A DNA stretch of 64,000 nucleotides, from positions 64,001 to 128,000 of the forward strand of contig CBDVDR010000006.1 in NCBI GenBank assembly GCA_965372795.1, written 5' to 3'. Positions 1 to 11,121 of this stretch are shown here, one piece after another (position 1 is the first letter of the stretch; each line of letters opens with the position of its first letter). The notes beneath the pieces were generated by a model. That model was not told where the DNA came from, did not search any database, and saw only the letters and a list, made by a program, of their open reading frames with translations. The position numbers and the translations under genes were made by a program. The DNA comes from an uncultured bacterium. GTDB lineage: Bacteria; Zixibacteria; MSB-5A5; GN15; FEB-12.

Positions 1-75
1 ATTAAACAGATAAAGCAATTGCAGATCGATTTTATCAATCTCTTTTCTAAGCTTGGTTATGTTCTTTTTGCTCAT
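1..75 (-). CDS. Chorismate mutase (AroQ/type II) domain protein, 5' part only (runs off the window)
   Basis: Manual translation from ATG at 75 gives [25 protein letters not shown], with the LRxEIDxID motif. The start overlaps the trpA stop (TGATG). Confidence 0.75.
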   Translation of the reverse strand, partial: MSKKNITKLRKEIDKIDLQLLYLFN

Positions 76-860
76 CAAATTGCTTTCCTGATACGTTTCA
101 AGAAGTTACCAACACCACTTAAAGCATCGGTTTTGGATTTACCGGTTCGTATTAATTTCACAAGAGCCGATCCGATAACAACACCGTCACAAAGCTTGGA
201 AAGTCTCTTAGCATTATCTACGTTTGAGACACCAAATCCGGCAACTACTTTTTTATCGACATATTTTCTTAAATTCTTAAAATAGTTATCGGTTTCTTTG
301 CCGAAAACTTTTCCTGTCCCGGTTACCCCTGTAACAGTAACGGCATATACGAAGTCCGTTGAGAAATTTGATATTTGTGATAATCTGGAATTGATCGTTG
401 TTGGTGCTGTTAGAAATATTGCAGACAAATTTTTAGTCTCAGCATTTTTTTTGAATTCTCTTCCCTCTTCAATTGGGATATCCGGAATAATTAAGCCATC
501 AACGCCTGATTGGTTGGCATCAGAGTAAAATTTCTTCTCACCATAAGCAATAATCGGATTATAATAGCCCATTAAAACAATCGGGATTTCAGAATAATTT
601 CTAATTTTCTCAACAGATAATAAAATATCATTCAAATCAGTACCATTTTTTAACGCAATCCGGGATGAAAATTGGATTTCCGGTCCATCGGCTAGCGGAT
701 CGGAAAATGGTATCCCAATCTCAATAATATCGGAGCCCTGATCAATTGCTATTTTGATTAGTTTATGAAAGGTCTTCTTATCAGGATAATTAGCCGTAAA
801 AAATGGTATCAGTAATTTATGGTTCAAATTATTTAATTTATTTTTAATGCGATCAGACAT
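75..860 (-). CDS. trpA: Tryptophan synthase alpha subunit
   Basis: Motifs [38 protein letters not shown]; follows trpB. Confidence 0.97.
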   Translation of the reverse strand: MSDRIKNKLNNLNHKLLIPFFTANYPDKKTFHKLIKIAIDQGSDIIEIGIPFSDPLADGPEIQFSSRIALKNGTDLNDILLSVEKIRNYSEIPIVLMGYYNPIIAYGEKKFYSDANQSGVDGLIIPDIPIEEGREFKKNAETKNLSAIFLTAPTTINSRLSQISNFSTDFVYAVTVTGVTGTGKVFGKETDNYFKNLRKYVDKKVVAGFGVSNVDNAKRLSKLCDGVVIGSALVKLIRTGKSKTDALSGVGNFLKRIRKAI

Positions 861-2055
861 GACTATTCTCCCATTCGTGGATTATACTCATGTCCTTATC
901 GCCCCGTCCAGATAGACAAATAACAACTTTACTATTTCTTTTAAAGTTCTTTTTGTTTTTGATTAAATATGCGAGGGCATGCGAAGATTCCAGCGCCGGA
1001 ATAATGCCTTCTAATTTTGAAACCAACCTAAAGGCAGAAATCGCCTCTTTATCAGTAACAGAGCCATACCCCACTCTTTTTATATCTTTAAGATGTGAAT
1101 GTTCCGGACCAATTCCCGGATAATCAAGACCGGCAGAAATAGAATGTGGGAGTTGAATTTGACCATCTTTATCATATAGCAGATAGCTAAATGAGCCATG
1201 AAGGACTCCCGGCTTACCCTTAGTGAGCGAGGCGGCATGTTTCCCTGAGTTGATGCCATATCCGGCAGCTTCGACGCCTATCAGAGTAACCTTTTTGTCA
1301 GTTAAAAAAGGATTGAAAATCCCCATTGCATTTGATCCGCCTCCAACGCAGGCAATAATTGTATCAGCCTGTCTCCCCCAGAGTTTCTGGCTTTGTGTTT
1401 TTGTCTCTTTGCCGATAACCGATTGAAAATCACGAACAATCATCGGGTATGGATGAGGGCCTACAACTGATCCGATTATATAGAAAGTATCTCTGACATT
1501 GGTTACCCAGTCACGTAAGGCTTGATTAGTGGCATCTTTTAGAGTTTTTGAACCGGAACTGACCGGGACAACTTCAGCGCCTAATAACTTCATCTTTTCA
1601 ACATTAGGTGACTGCCGTTTGATATCCTCTTCACCCATATAAACGATACATTTCATTCCAAAACGGGCGCAAACTGTAGCTGTAGCCAAGCCATGCTGTC
1701 CGGCACCGGTCTCAGCAATAATCCTTTTTTTACCCATATATTTAGCCAGTAGAATCTGACCGATAGTATTATTGATTTTATGAGCTCCGGTATGATTGAG
1801 ATCTTCCCTTTTAAAATATATTTGGGCTGAATTTAAATGATCGGTAAGGCGTTCGGCAAAATAAAGTGGGGATGGTCGTCCGACATAAGTTTTCAGATAG
1901 CCATTTAGTTCATTTTTAAATTTTTTATCTATTTTGATTTTATTGTAGAATAGTTCAAGTTCATCAAGGGCATAGATAACCGTTTCGGGGACATATCTTC
2001 CGCCGTAGTTTCCAAAACGTCCTTGCTTGTCAGGATATTTTCTATCAGTTGTCAT
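853..2055 (-). CDS. trpB: Tryptophan synthase beta subunit
   Basis: [15 protein letters not shown] (PLP lysine), [25 protein letters not shown]. Confidence 0.98.
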   Translation of the reverse strand: MTTDRKYPDKQGRFGNYGGRYVPETVIYALDELELFYNKIKIDKKFKNELNGYLKTYVGRPSPLYFAERLTDHLNSAQIYFKREDLNHTGAHKINNTIGQILLAKYMGKKRIIAETGAGQHGLATATVCARFGMKCIVYMGEEDIKRQSPNVEKMKLLGAEVVPVSSGSKTLKDATNQALRDWVTNVRDTFYIIGSVVGPHPYPMIVRDFQSVIGKETKTQSQKLWGRQADTIIACVGGGSNAMGIFNPFLTDKKVTLIGVEAAGYGINSGKHAASLTKGKPGVLHGSFSYLLYDKDGQIQLPHSISAGLDYPGIGPEHSHLKDIKRVGYGSVTDKEAISAFRLVSKLEGIIPALESSHALAYLIKNKKNFKRNSKVVICLSGRGDKDMSIIHEWENSHV

Positions 2056-2677
2056 ATCTTAACCGGTTACATTCTGAGAAAAACTGTTTTAATTTCCTTT
2101 TAGATTTTACTCCGGGTGAAATTTCAACGCCGGAATTAACATCAATCATTATCGGCTTAAATTTTTTAATGCCTTTTTCAATATTACTTAGATTAAGACC
2201 ACCGCTTAAAATCAAATTCTTTATATTTATTGATGGGGTTAAATTCCAATCGAATGTTTGACCACTTCCACCCGGTAAATCTTTACTGATATTATCGACC
2301 AAGACCAGATCTGCTTTTGATTTTATTATTTTTTCATAGTCATTCTTTGATTTTACGGAATAGGAATTAATGACTTTCAACTGATTTTTTTGTAAAGTTA
2401 GAATCTCTTGATGTTTCTCCTGTCCATGAAGCTGGACATAGCCAAAGCCTATTTTCTTTGAAAGCTTGATAATTTTTTGAATATCTTCATCTACAAAAAC
2501 ACCAACCACCGCCACTGTCGCAGGGATGACTGCGGTTATCTCTTTTGCTATTTTTTGAGAAACAAACCGGGGTGATTTTTTATAAAAGATCAGCCCGAGC
2601 ATATCGACTCCCAAATTAACAGCCGTTACCGCATCCTCTTTTCTGGTAATTCCGCAAACCTTTATTTTAAAATTCAT
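2045..2677 (-). CDS. trpF: Phosphoribosylanthranilate isomerase
   Basis: [27 protein letters not shown]. Confidence 0.95.
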   Translation of the reverse strand: MNFKIKVCGITRKEDAVTAVNLGVDMLGLIFYKKSPRFVSQKIAKEITAVIPATVAVVGVFVDEDIQKIIKLSKKIGFGYVQLHGQEKHQEILTLQKNQLKVINSYSVKSKNDYEKIIKSKADLVLVDNISKDLPGGSGQTFDWNLTPSINIKNLILSGGLNLSNIEKGIKKFKPIMIDVNSGVEISPGVKSKRKLKQFFSECNRLRYDN

Positions 2678-3456
2678 TCTTTACCCTGAAGTTGTCTAAG
2701 ATATTCTGCCGGATCATCAGCTTTCATCAAAGCCTCCCCAATCAGAAAATTATTAAAGCCACACTGTTTTAACCTTAAAATATCTTCATAATTTAATATT
2801 CCGGATTCTGAAATTTTAATAATATGATCCGGGATTTTTTCAGCAAGTATTTCTGAAGTTTCCAGACTTACAGAAAAATCATTTAGATTGCGGTTATTTA
2901 TTCCAATAATTTCACTGTCGCAATCAAGAGCGACATCAAGTTCTTCTTCATTATGAACTTCGACAATACAGTCAAGTTCAATCTCTTTGGCTATTTTTAA
3001 AAATTTATTTATACGCTTTGGAGTTAATATTCTTACGATCAGCAAAACCGCATCAGCTTTCATATACCTGGCGTAGTATAACTGATATGGATCAATGATA
3101 AAATCCTTGCAGAGCAAAGGCAGACTTGTTTCATTTTTTACAACAGTCAAATATTCATGGCGTCCGAAGAAAAAATGAGATTCAGTTAGTACCGACAGGG
3201 CTGTTGCTCCACCATCAGAATAAGCTCTGGCAATTGCAACCGGATTAAAATTGGGCTGGATAATGCCTTTAGAGGGAGACCCTTTTTTGATTTCGGCAAT
3301 AATATTGACTCGGTCGAGATTAGAAAGCGCTTCTTTAAAATTAACATAACCATCAGAAGAAAATTCAGGAATGATCTTATCCAGTGGTTCAGATAGTTTT
3401 AACTCTTCGATTTCAATTCTCTTCTGAGCAGTAATTTCATCAAGAATATTCATCAA
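2674..3456 (-). CDS. trpC: Indole-3-glycerol phosphate synthase
   Basis: IAEIKKGSPSKG, LSVLTE, KDFIID, GINNRNL, ISESGI, LIGEALM. Confidence 0.96.
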   Translation of the reverse strand: MMNILDEITAQKRIEIEELKLSEPLDKIIPEFSSDGYVNFKEALSNLDRVNIIAEIKKGSPSKGIIQPNFNPVAIARAYSDGGATALSVLTESHFFFGRHEYLTVVKNETSLPLLCKDFIIDPYQLYYARYMKADAVLLIVRILTPKRINKFLKIAKEIELDCIVEVHNEEELDVALDCDSEIIGINNRNLNDFSVSLETSEILAEKIPDHIIKISESGILNYEDILRLKQCGFNNFLIGEALMKADDPAEYLRQLQGKE

Positions 3457-4757
3457 GTATTACTTTCCCGCGAGATTATCCACCGGGGTGAGCCGGAGCT
3501 TTTCTTTTCAGTATCTTTGAAAAACAGATAAAATGTTATCGAAGATATTACGTAAAGAATAACTGTTATATTCATGGTAAAAGTATATCCTTGTCTTTCA
3601 ATCAATTCACCCCCGACCGCCGCTGAGACCATCCAGGCAGAAGTCCAGGCGACCATCAGAAGAGCATTTACAAGCCCTTGTTCCTTTTTATCGGACAATT
3701 CCATACCTAAATTAGTAACAATCGGAACGCCCAAATTCATCAATCCGCCCCTGATTACAAAAGCAGCAAATGCAAGCGGTAGAAAATAAGTATATGACAA
3801 AGTCAGCATAAACGGGATTGAGGCTAACTGGGTAATAACAACCGTTCTTACGAGACCGAATTTTTTAGCGAGGACCGGACCAGAAAGCGACCCAATTAAC
3901 ATCGAAAACTGGACTACAAAATAGTAAACGCCAATCATATCAGGGCTAAGGTTAAATCTGTCTCTAAAATAAAGGTTTAAAAAAGGGATAATCAAACCGG
4001 CTCCGGCACCGACCAGAAAATTACTAAAAGTAACTTTGAAATAAAATTTCCCCCGTCGTCTGAATTGATCCCAACTAAGAGTTATTTTATTTTCTTCTGC
4101 TGATGGATTCGACGATTTGATCATTAAAAATGGAATCAGCGCAATCAGGCCGATTAATATTCCCACAAATAATGTATACTTGTAACCTAAAATTATATCC
4201 CCGGTAATACCTTGAATTACTGTTACAAGTTTCCCTGAACCGATTGAGCCCGCCATACCGGATAAAAGCATCATCCCAAAACTAACTGAGAAAAGATGAG
4301 TCCTTTCTGTTGGCGAAGAATTTCTCATATAAAAAGGAGCGGCGGCTACTCTATAAAACGAAAATGACATACCAGCCAGAAGAGAACATCCGATCAGAAA
4401 ATATAACTGGGTAGCGGTAGTGATATAATAACTGAAAAATGCAAAGAGTAAAGTTGAGGCAATCAAAATCGGTTTTAACCGAACTCTGCTTAAAAGCATT
4501 GCGGCTGGGATGGCAATCATGCTCATACCAACAGCTCGGGAAGAAATCACTAATCCAATATCACCTTCGACAAACCCGTATTCTCTCAGATACAAATTCA
4601 AAAGCAGATTGAAGACATGAAAATTGACCCCGATAAAAAACGATCCAATTAAATACAATCGGGCATTTTTTGTAAATAGCTTGATATGGCTATGGTAGTC
4701 ATCAATTTGGAATTTTAGTTTAGCAAAAAAACCTGATTTATTTGAAGAAATTGACAT
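3453..4757 (-). CDS. MFS transporter embedded in the trp operon
   Basis: 434 aa with about 12 hydrophobic segments and an MFS loop-like motif (GPVLAKKFG). Overlaps trpD and trpC. Confidence 0.85.
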   Translation of the reverse strand: MSISSNKSGFFAKLKFQIDDYHSHIKLFTKNARLYLIGSFFIGVNFHVFNLLLNLYLREYGFVEGDIGLVISSRAVGMSMIAIPAAMLLSRVRLKPILIASTLLFAFFSYYITTATQLYFLIGCSLLAGMSFSFYRVAAAPFYMRNSSPTERTHLFSVSFGMMLLSGMAGSIGSGKLVTVIQGITGDIILGYKYTLFVGILIGLIALIPFLMIKSSNPSAEENKITLSWDQFRRRGKFYFKVTFSNFLVGAGAGLIIPFLNLYFRDRFNLSPDMIGVYYFVVQFSMLIGSLSGPVLAKKFGLVRTVVITQLASIPFMLTLSYTYFLPLAFAAFVIRGGLMNLGVPIVTNLGMELSDKKEQGLVNALLMVAWTSAWMVSAAVGGELIERQGYTFTMNITVILYVISSITFYLFFKDTEKKSSGSPRWIISRESNT

Positions 4758-5770
4758 TAGATATTATTTGAAGCTTCCACCCATTGTTTGAGCTTCTCTC
4801 TGGCTGACCCGTTATCAATAGCCTCAGAAGCAAACTCGACGCCTTCCTTAAAGGAGTCGGTTTTGCCGGAAACTTTGATCAAGGCAGCCGCATTTATTAA
4901 CACTGCATCCCGACAACCGGATTTTTCACCATTGAATATATTTGACATGATATTCATATTCACTTCAGCATCTCCCCCCTTGATAGATTCAGCCGGAAAT
5001 ATCTTCAAATTAATTTGAGTCGGATCTATTGTATGCTCAGTTTTAACGCCGTTAATGATTTCTATATAATCAGAAGGGGCAGAGATTGAAAACTCATCAT
5101 GTCCATCATGGGCATGGACAACTATCAGATGATCAACGCCAACCAAAGTCATGACCTCAGCCATCAAAAACATTAAATCCTTATCATAAACTCCAATAAC
5201 CTGACGTTTAACATTCGCAGGATTAGTCATTGGACCAAGAATATTAAAAAATGTTCTTATCCCCAATTCTTTGCGAACCGGCATAGCGAATTTCATTGCC
5301 GGATGAAATTTCGGCGCAAACATAAATCCAAAACCAACCTTATTAATATTATCTTGTACTATTTCAACTCCCGGATCAATATTACCGCCACTCTTTTCCA
5401 AAATATCTGCTGATCCACATTTTGAACTGATTGATCGGTTTCCATGTTTAGCAACCGTAACACCGGCTGCTGAGGTAATAATTGTGGCTGCAGTTGAAAT
5501 ATTAAAAGATTGTGTCCCATCTCCTCCGGTGCCACATCCGTCAACCGCATTTGGATCATCAAGTGTAACTTTCAGCGAATGCTCTCGCATCCCCTTCACG
5601 AACCCCGCAATTTCTTCGGCTGTTTCACGTTTTTGTTTCATAGCGATCAAAAATGATGAAATCTGTACCGGGGTTGCCTCGCCTTTCATTATTGTATTCA
5701 TGCCTTGATAGGCTTCTTCGATAGAAAGGTTGTTTCCTGAAAGAATTTTATTTAACAGATCAGATATCAT
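4757..5770 (-). CDS. trpD: Anthranilate phosphoribosyltransferase
   Basis: DGCGTGGDG, FNIST, KHGNRSISSKCGSAD, RTFFNILGPMTNP. Confidence 0.97.
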   Translation of the reverse strand: MISDLLNKILSGNNLSIEEAYQGMNTIMKGEATPVQISSFLIAMKQKRETAEEIAGFVKGMREHSLKVTLDDPNAVDGCGTGGDGTQSFNISTAATIITSAAGVTVAKHGNRSISSKCGSADILEKSGGNIDPGVEIVQDNINKVGFGFMFAPKFHPAMKFAMPVRKELGIRTFFNILGPMTNPANVKRQVIGVYDKDLMFLMAEVMTLVGVDHLIVVHAHDGHDEFSISAPSDYIEIINGVKTEHTIDPTQINLKIFPAESIKGGDAEVNMNIMSNIFNGEKSGCRDAVLINAAALIKVSGKTDSFKEGVEFASEAIDNGSAREKLKQWVEASNNI

Positions 5771-6333
5771 AAAGTCTCCAGATAATTTTTGAGAATGGCT
5801 TTACCGGAAAGGGTCATGATAGATTCCGGGTGAAACTGGAGTCCGTACAAAGGCATTTTTTTATGCTGGATTCCCATTATAATTTTATCTTTAGTCCAGG
5901 CAGTAACTTTAAAATCTTTTGGCAAGGACTTTCGTTCCACGACCAAAGAATGATAGCGGGTTGCAATAAACGGAGAGTCGATATTTTTAAACAGTTTTGA
6001 GTTATTATGATAAACATCAGAAGTTTTTCCATGCATCAATGTCTTGGCATAATCAATCTTGCCGCCAAAAACCTGAGCAATAGATTGATGTCCGAGACAA
6101 ACACCCAAAATTGGAATTTTACCCGAAAGGGTTTTCACCAGTTCGTTCATAATCCCGGCATTTTCAGGTCTCCCCGGTCCGGGAGAAAGTACGATCCCTT
6201 GAGGTTTTAGCTGAGTAATTTTCTCGATACTGATCTCGTCGTTCCGATAGATTTTTAAATCAGCTCCTAATTCGCTTAAGTATTGAACCAGATTATATGT
6301 AAACGAATCGTAATTATCCAGCATCAATAACAT
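5767..6333 (-). CDS. trpG: Anthranilate synthase component II (glutamine amidotransferase)
   Basis: DNYDSFTYNL, SPGPG, GVCLGHQ, QFHPES. Confidence 0.95.
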   Translation of the reverse strand: MLLMLDNYDSFTYNLVQYLSELGADLKIYRNDEISIEKITQLKPQGIVLSPGPGRPENAGIMNELVKTLSGKIPILGVCLGHQSIAQVFGGKIDYAKTLMHGKTSDVYHNNSKLFKNIDSPFIATRYHSLVVERKSLPKDFKVTAWTKDKIIMGIQHKKMPLYGLQFHPESIMTLSGKAILKNYLETL

Positions 6334-7790
6334 TATTCATCCCCCGCAATAGCCATCATAAGAGCATGAGCCTTCGCTTTGGTTTCATTATACTCGCGAG
6401 CAGGTTTTGAATCAGCAACAATGCCGGCACCAGCCTGAACAAAATATTTGTCATCTTTTTTAACAACAGTTCTAATAGCAATGCAGGAATCAAGATTTCC
6501 CCAAAAATCCAGATAGGCAATTGAGCCAGCATAAACTCCTCGACGTTCTTTTTCAAGTTCATCAATTATTTCCATAGCGCGAATTTTGGGAGCGCCTGAA
6601 ACAGTACCAGCCGGGAAACAGGAGAAATGTCCATCAAGGGGTGAAATATTACGTTTGAGTTTCCCAACTACCGAGCTTACGATATGAATGACATGGGAAT
6701 ATTTCTCGATAATCATTTTATCTTTTAATTTTACCGTTCCCGGTTCGCTGACTTTGCCGACATCGTTTCTGCCCAAATCAACAAGCATAGTATGTTCGGC
6801 AATTTCTTTGGCATCTTCGAGTAAATCCTTAATCTGACGTTCATCAGCAGCATCATCTTTCCCTCTCGGTCTGGTTCCGGCAATCGGTCTGGTTTCGATA
6901 TTTCTTTTTTCAACCCTGACCAGCATTTCAGGCGAGGCACCAATTATGGCATCATCTTCAAACTGTAATAAAAACATATACGGCGATGGATTAATTCTTC
7001 TTAATTTTCGGTAGACAGTTAAAGCCGATTTCTTAGATTCAATTTCCCAACGCTGTGAAAGTACAACTTGAAAAATATCGCCTTCCTTGATATATTTTTT
7101 AGCCTTGCGCACCATTGACTCATATTCTTTTTGAGTATAGTGAGATTTAATCTTTGCTTTTTTCTCAGGTTTTTCTTTTGAAGGATGAATATGGGAGTTC
7201 AATCTATTGACCATTTTATCAATATCAGCCACAGCCTCTTTATATTTTTTTTGCAATCCTTTTTCTTCGGGATGATGCAAGATATTGGCAATTACAATAA
7301 TTTCCTGATTCAGATGGTCAAAGGCAACTATCCGGCTGAAAATTCCAATTCGCATATCCGGCATCTGAAGCTTGTCAGGATTATTGTCGGGAATATTTTC
7401 AATCCATCTGATTGTATCATAAGCAAAAAAACCGACTCCGCCACCAGTGAAACGAGGCAGTGATTCGATATGCACCGGATTGTAAAAACTGAAAAGTTGC
7501 TTCAAAAATTCAGCCGGATCTGATTCAATTTCTTTTTTATTCTTCCCATGACTAACAGTAACTTTGTTATGGTCCCCTTCAACTATTAAAAATGGATCAA
7601 ATCCCAAAAACGAATAACGGGCAAGTTTCTCGCCCCCTTCGATTGATTCTAAAAGAAAAGAATTCTTTTTCCCTTTGCATAATTTTATATAAGCCGAAAC
7701 AGGAGTATCTAAATCGGCGGGGATTCGTTTGAATAAGGGAATGACATTCCCTTTTTTATTTAACTTTTTGATTTCGCTGTATGAAAACAT
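6333..7790 (-). CDS. trpE: Anthranilate synthase component I
   Basis: [61 protein letters not shown]. Confidence 0.95.
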   Translation of the reverse strand: MFSYSEIKKLNKKGNVIPLFKRIPADLDTPVSAYIKLCKGKKNSFLLESIEGGEKLARYSFLGFDPFLIVEGDHNKVTVSHGKNKKEIESDPAEFLKQLFSFYNPVHIESLPRFTGGGVGFFAYDTIRWIENIPDNNPDKLQMPDMRIGIFSRIVAFDHLNQEIIVIANILHHPEEKGLQKKYKEAVADIDKMVNRLNSHIHPSKEKPEKKAKIKSHYTQKEYESMVRKAKKYIKEGDIFQVVLSQRWEIESKKSALTVYRKLRRINPSPYMFLLQFEDDAIIGASPEMLVRVEKRNIETRPIAGTRPRGKDDAADERQIKDLLEDAKEIAEHTMLVDLGRNDVGKVSEPGTVKLKDKMIIEKYSHVIHIVSSVVGKLKRNISPLDGHFSCFPAGTVSGAPKIRAMEIIDELEKERRGVYAGSIAYLDFWGNLDSCIAIRTVVKKDDKYFVQAGAGIVADSKPAREYNETKAKAHALMMAIAGDE

Positions 7791-8623
7791 TAGAAATTAT
7801 AATCTCCATTACATAAAAATTCAACCGGTCCTGTCAGTTCAATTTGATTATCAGAATTTTTCCAATCAATAAACAAAGATCCGTTTTCAAAAATTACTTC
7901 GCAGATCCTGTCAAGCTGACCGTTAATTACACCAGCGGCAACCGAGGCTGCGGCTCCGGTCCCTGAAGATCCGGTTGCACCGGCTCCTCTTTCCCAATCG
8001 GCAACTTTAATCTTTTTCTTGGTCATAATTTTTACAAATTCCACATTGGTACGATTCGGAAACAATTTATGGTTTTCGATATCAGCTCCGAGAGTTTCCC
8101 AGTCAAAATTAAAGTCACCCACAAATAAAACAGTATGAGGATTTCCAAGAGATAGACAAGTCACGGGGAAATCAACTTCACCGACTTTTATAGGCGAATT
8201 GATCATAAATTTCTGCTTAACTTTTACCGGAACAGCCTCGACCTCAAATTTTGGTTCACCTAAAGATGTTTTGACCATGTAATCGTTCTTCTGTTTTTTT
8301 ACAATCTCAACCTGTTCTATTCCATTAGCAGTTTCAAAAGTAAACTTTTTGATTTTATTTTCCAAAAACAGATGGAGTCCTGCAATTCTTAAGCCATTGC
8401 CTGATTTCTCAGCCCAGCTTCCATCAGAATTGTAAATATTAAATTTCCAATCCGCTTTAGACGACTCAGTAATGACGACTATTCCATCGGCGCCAACACC
8501 ATAGTTTCTATCACATATCGAAAGAGCCAACTCTGACAATTTCTTTTTTGATACTTTATCTAAATTCTGTAAAACGATAAAATCGTTTCCCAGTGCCTGG
8601 TATTTATAAAATTTAACAATCAT
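7790..8623 (-). CDS. dapF: Diaminopimelate epimerase-family protein, Ser/Ser active-site variant
   Basis: KYQALGNDF, GVGADG, NSDGSWAEKSGNG, GNPH, TNVEF, WERGAG, SSGTGA. The start is taken at ATG 8623; the ORF track extends to TTG 8653. Confidence 0.8.
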   Translation of the reverse strand: MIVKFYKYQALGNDFIVLQNLDKVSKKKLSELALSICDRNYGVGADGIVVITESSKADWKFNIYNSDGSWAEKSGNGLRIAGLHLFLENKIKKFTFETANGIEQVEIVKKQKNDYMVKTSLGEPKFEVEAVPVKVKQKFMINSPIKVGEVDFPVTCLSLGNPHTVLFVGDFNFDWETLGADIENHKLFPNRTNVEFVKIMTKKKIKVADWERGAGATGSSGTGAAASVAAGVINGQLDRICEVIFENGSLFIDWKNSDNQIELTGPVEFLCNGDYNF

Positions 8624-8659
8624 AAAATCAAAATATGAAGATTTGAATTTCAATCAATA

Positions 8660-8685
8660 AAAAACCCGCCAAAAGGCGGGTTTTT
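8660..8685. terminator. Intrinsic terminator after the aminotransferase gene
   Basis: AAAAACCCGCC-AAAA-GGCGGGTTTTT perfect hairpin with A/T tails. Confidence 0.85.
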
Positions 8686-8705
8686 AAAGTCTAATAGTCT
8701 TGAGA

Positions 8706-9914
8706 CTAAAGATTCTCTCTAAAAAGTTCGCCAAGGCGTTTTATGCCCTCAATTATCTTATCTGGCAAAGCATTTGAAAAATTAAGTCTTAGAGTATTTT
8801 CGCCGCCACCTTCCGGATAGAACGGCGAGCCATAGACATAAGCGACTTGCTTTTCAATCGCTTTGGGAAGAAGTTCTTTAGCAGACATATATGCAGGCAG
8901 TTCCACCCAAAGGAATAAACCACCTTCCGGCTCAGTCCATGTAATACCTTCGGGGAAATACTCTTTCATAGCCTTCAACATGACATCACGCTTATGCCGA
9001 TAATCAACTTTGATCTTTTCAATATGCGGTTCAAGTTTCCCGCGGTTCAAGTAATCATATATCAAATATTGTCCAAAAGTGGAAGTGTGTAAATCAGTAC
9101 ACTGTTTTACTTTTTCAAAAACAGAAATAATGTCAACAGGACCATTCATCCAGCCGATTCTAAAACCGGGAGCAAGTGTTTTCGAAAATGTTCTCAAAGC
9201 AATAACCTGATCGCCCCCATAATATTTCAAAGTAGGAATTCGTTCACCGAAAAATCTGATATCGCCATAGGGGTTATCATCAATTATAGGAATATTATAT
9301 TTGACGGCAACCTTTACAAGTTTCTCACGGCGTTCTTGAGACATTGTTATTCCGGTAGGATTTTGGAAATTTGAAATAGTATAAATCAGTTTCGGATTGT
9401 ATTTTTTAATCGCTTCTTCAACATCTTCAATAATTAATCCATCATCATCTATTTTCACCGGAGCATATTTAGCTTGATAATAATTGAATGCCTGAAGGGC
9501 TCCAACATAAGTTGGATTTTCAGTGATCATATAATCACCAGGAGTAATAAAAGCCCTTGCCACAAGTTCCAATGCTTGCTGGGCGCCGGAAGTTATAATA
9601 ATATTTTCAGCATTACTTTTTGTACCGCGCTCGGTGGCTCTTTTTGCCAGAAGTTCTCTTAGCGGAACAATACCGCGAGTCAAAGAATACTGTATTGAAG
9701 TAGCCCCATATTCTTTTAATATTCGATTAGCACATTCATTCAGATCTTCAATTGGAAATAATTCAGGTGCAGGAAGACCTCCGGCAAAAGAAATCACACC
9801 CGGTTTACTTGAAAATTTTAATATTTCACGAATTATTGAAGACTCAAGATTTATAACATGATCAGCTATTTTCCAACTACCTGTTACAGTTTTGTCTTTT
9901 TCTTCAACCAACAT
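8706..9914 (-). CDS. PLP-dependent aminotransferase class I/II (LysN/2-aminoadipate transaminase-like)
   Basis: ISFAGGLPAPELFP, FQNPTG, DNPY, TFSKTLAPGFRIGW, LRLNFS. Confidence 0.9.
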   Translation of the reverse strand: MLVEEKDKTVTGSWKIADHVINLESSIIREILKFSSKPGVISFAGGLPAPELFPIEDLNECANRILKEYGATSIQYSLTRGIVPLRELLAKRATERGTKSNAENIIITSGAQQALELVARAFITPGDYMITENPTYVGALQAFNYYQAKYAPVKIDDDGLIIEDVEEAIKKYNPKLIYTISNFQNPTGITMSQERREKLVKVAVKYNIPIIDDNPYGDIRFFGERIPTLKYYGGDQVIALRTFSKTLAPGFRIGWMNGPVDIISVFEKVKQCTDLHTSTFGQYLIYDYLNRGKLEPHIEKIKVDYRHKRDVMLKAMKEYFPEGITWTEPEGGLFLWVELPAYMSAKELLPKAIEKQVAYVYGSPFYPEGGGENTLRLNFSNALPDKIIEGIKRLGELFRENL

Positions 9915-10077
9915 AATTATCCTTTCTAGGAGGTAATTCCCTAAATATATAAGGAATAAATTAGCTCTTTTAATCAGCTATATAATAGTAAAGAGTCTAA
10001 CATTAATCAATCGAATTTCGAAAATTTCCACAATATTTGCAATGTGATTAAATGTTATCTTATATGTCTACATAAGG

Positions 10078-10998
10078 TTAAGAGTCTCTTAAAAAAGATG
10101 CATCTTTAAACCAGTTTAAACAGTACTTTTCGATAACATCTACGAATTGTACGTTATCTTTTGCCATTTCATCAGCCTTATAATGCAATCCAAAGTACCT
10201 TTGCACAGGATTAATATAGCCTTGGGACTTTATTTTGTTTATGCATTTATTAGCATAATTCTCTCCATGAACAGCTAAACAAACATCAAAAATAGTTTTT
10301 AATCGTTCATCATTTATTTCAACTTTTAAATCCGGATATTTATTATGAAAAGCCTTTTTGATCACATCATCCGAATCAACTCGATATTTTTCATCATGGA
10401 CGACTGTTTCAACGCCAAGTTTCCTTTTTGATTTCGGGCGTACTTTTGGATATCCGACACACAAAAGAACAACCGGAAAAACGCCTTCGGGAAGTTCGAA
10501 CATTGTTTTAAGTTCAGAAAAATATTCCATAACTGTTCCAATGTAAACTGTCCCAAGATCCAATGCATCAGCCGCAGTACAAATGTTCTGGGCTGTAATA
10601 ATTGTATCCTGAAACGAAATCCAAAAATGACGAAATGATTCATTGGCAGAAAATGGAGCTGTTTCAATTTCTGCCCATCTTTTTATTCGATTCCAATCAA
10701 TACAAAAAAGTAAATTAACAGGAGCAGTTCCGATAAAATCCTGAAAACACATTTCACCAAGTTTTTTACTGGTGGCTTTATTTTCAATTTTAATTATTGA
10801 ATAAGGTTGGAGATTCCCTCCCGTTGGAGCATGGATGCCGGCTTTTAAAAGGTAATTCAGTTTCTCAGGTTCAATCTTTCGATCATGAAAACTTCGACAA
10901 CTTGAACGCTCTAATAAAAGTCGGATTGTTTCATTAGGGTAATTAATTTCTTCACTCCCATCAACTCCATGATGTGATGGCATATTTTTACTCATCAT
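10078..10998 (-). CDS. Nitroreductase family protein (NfsA-like)
   Basis: RSSCRSF, APTGGNLQPYS, LGTVYIG, LCVGYP. Confidence 0.85.
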   Translation of the reverse strand: MMSKNMPSHHGVDGSEEINYPNETIRLLLERSSCRSFHDRKIEPEKLNYLLKAGIHAPTGGNLQPYSIIKIENKATSKKLGEMCFQDFIGTAPVNLLFCIDWNRIKRWAEIETAPFSANESFRHFWISFQDTIITAQNICTAADALDLGTVYIGTVMEYFSELKTMFELPEGVFPVVLLCVGYPKVRPKSKRKLGVETVVHDEKYRVDSDDVIKKAFHNKYPDLKVEINDERLKTIFDVCLAVHGENYANKCINKIKSQGYINPVQRYFGLHYKADEMAKDNVQFVDVIEKYCLNWFKDASFLRDS

Positions 10999-11121
10999 GA
11001 CTCCTTTCTATTTATGTTTATGAAGATACTTATATTATCCTGTTAAAGATACATTTGTTTATAGCCTTGCACTTATGCCATATCCGGGTTATTATAACAA
11101 AAATTCTAACAGGATTAATAT

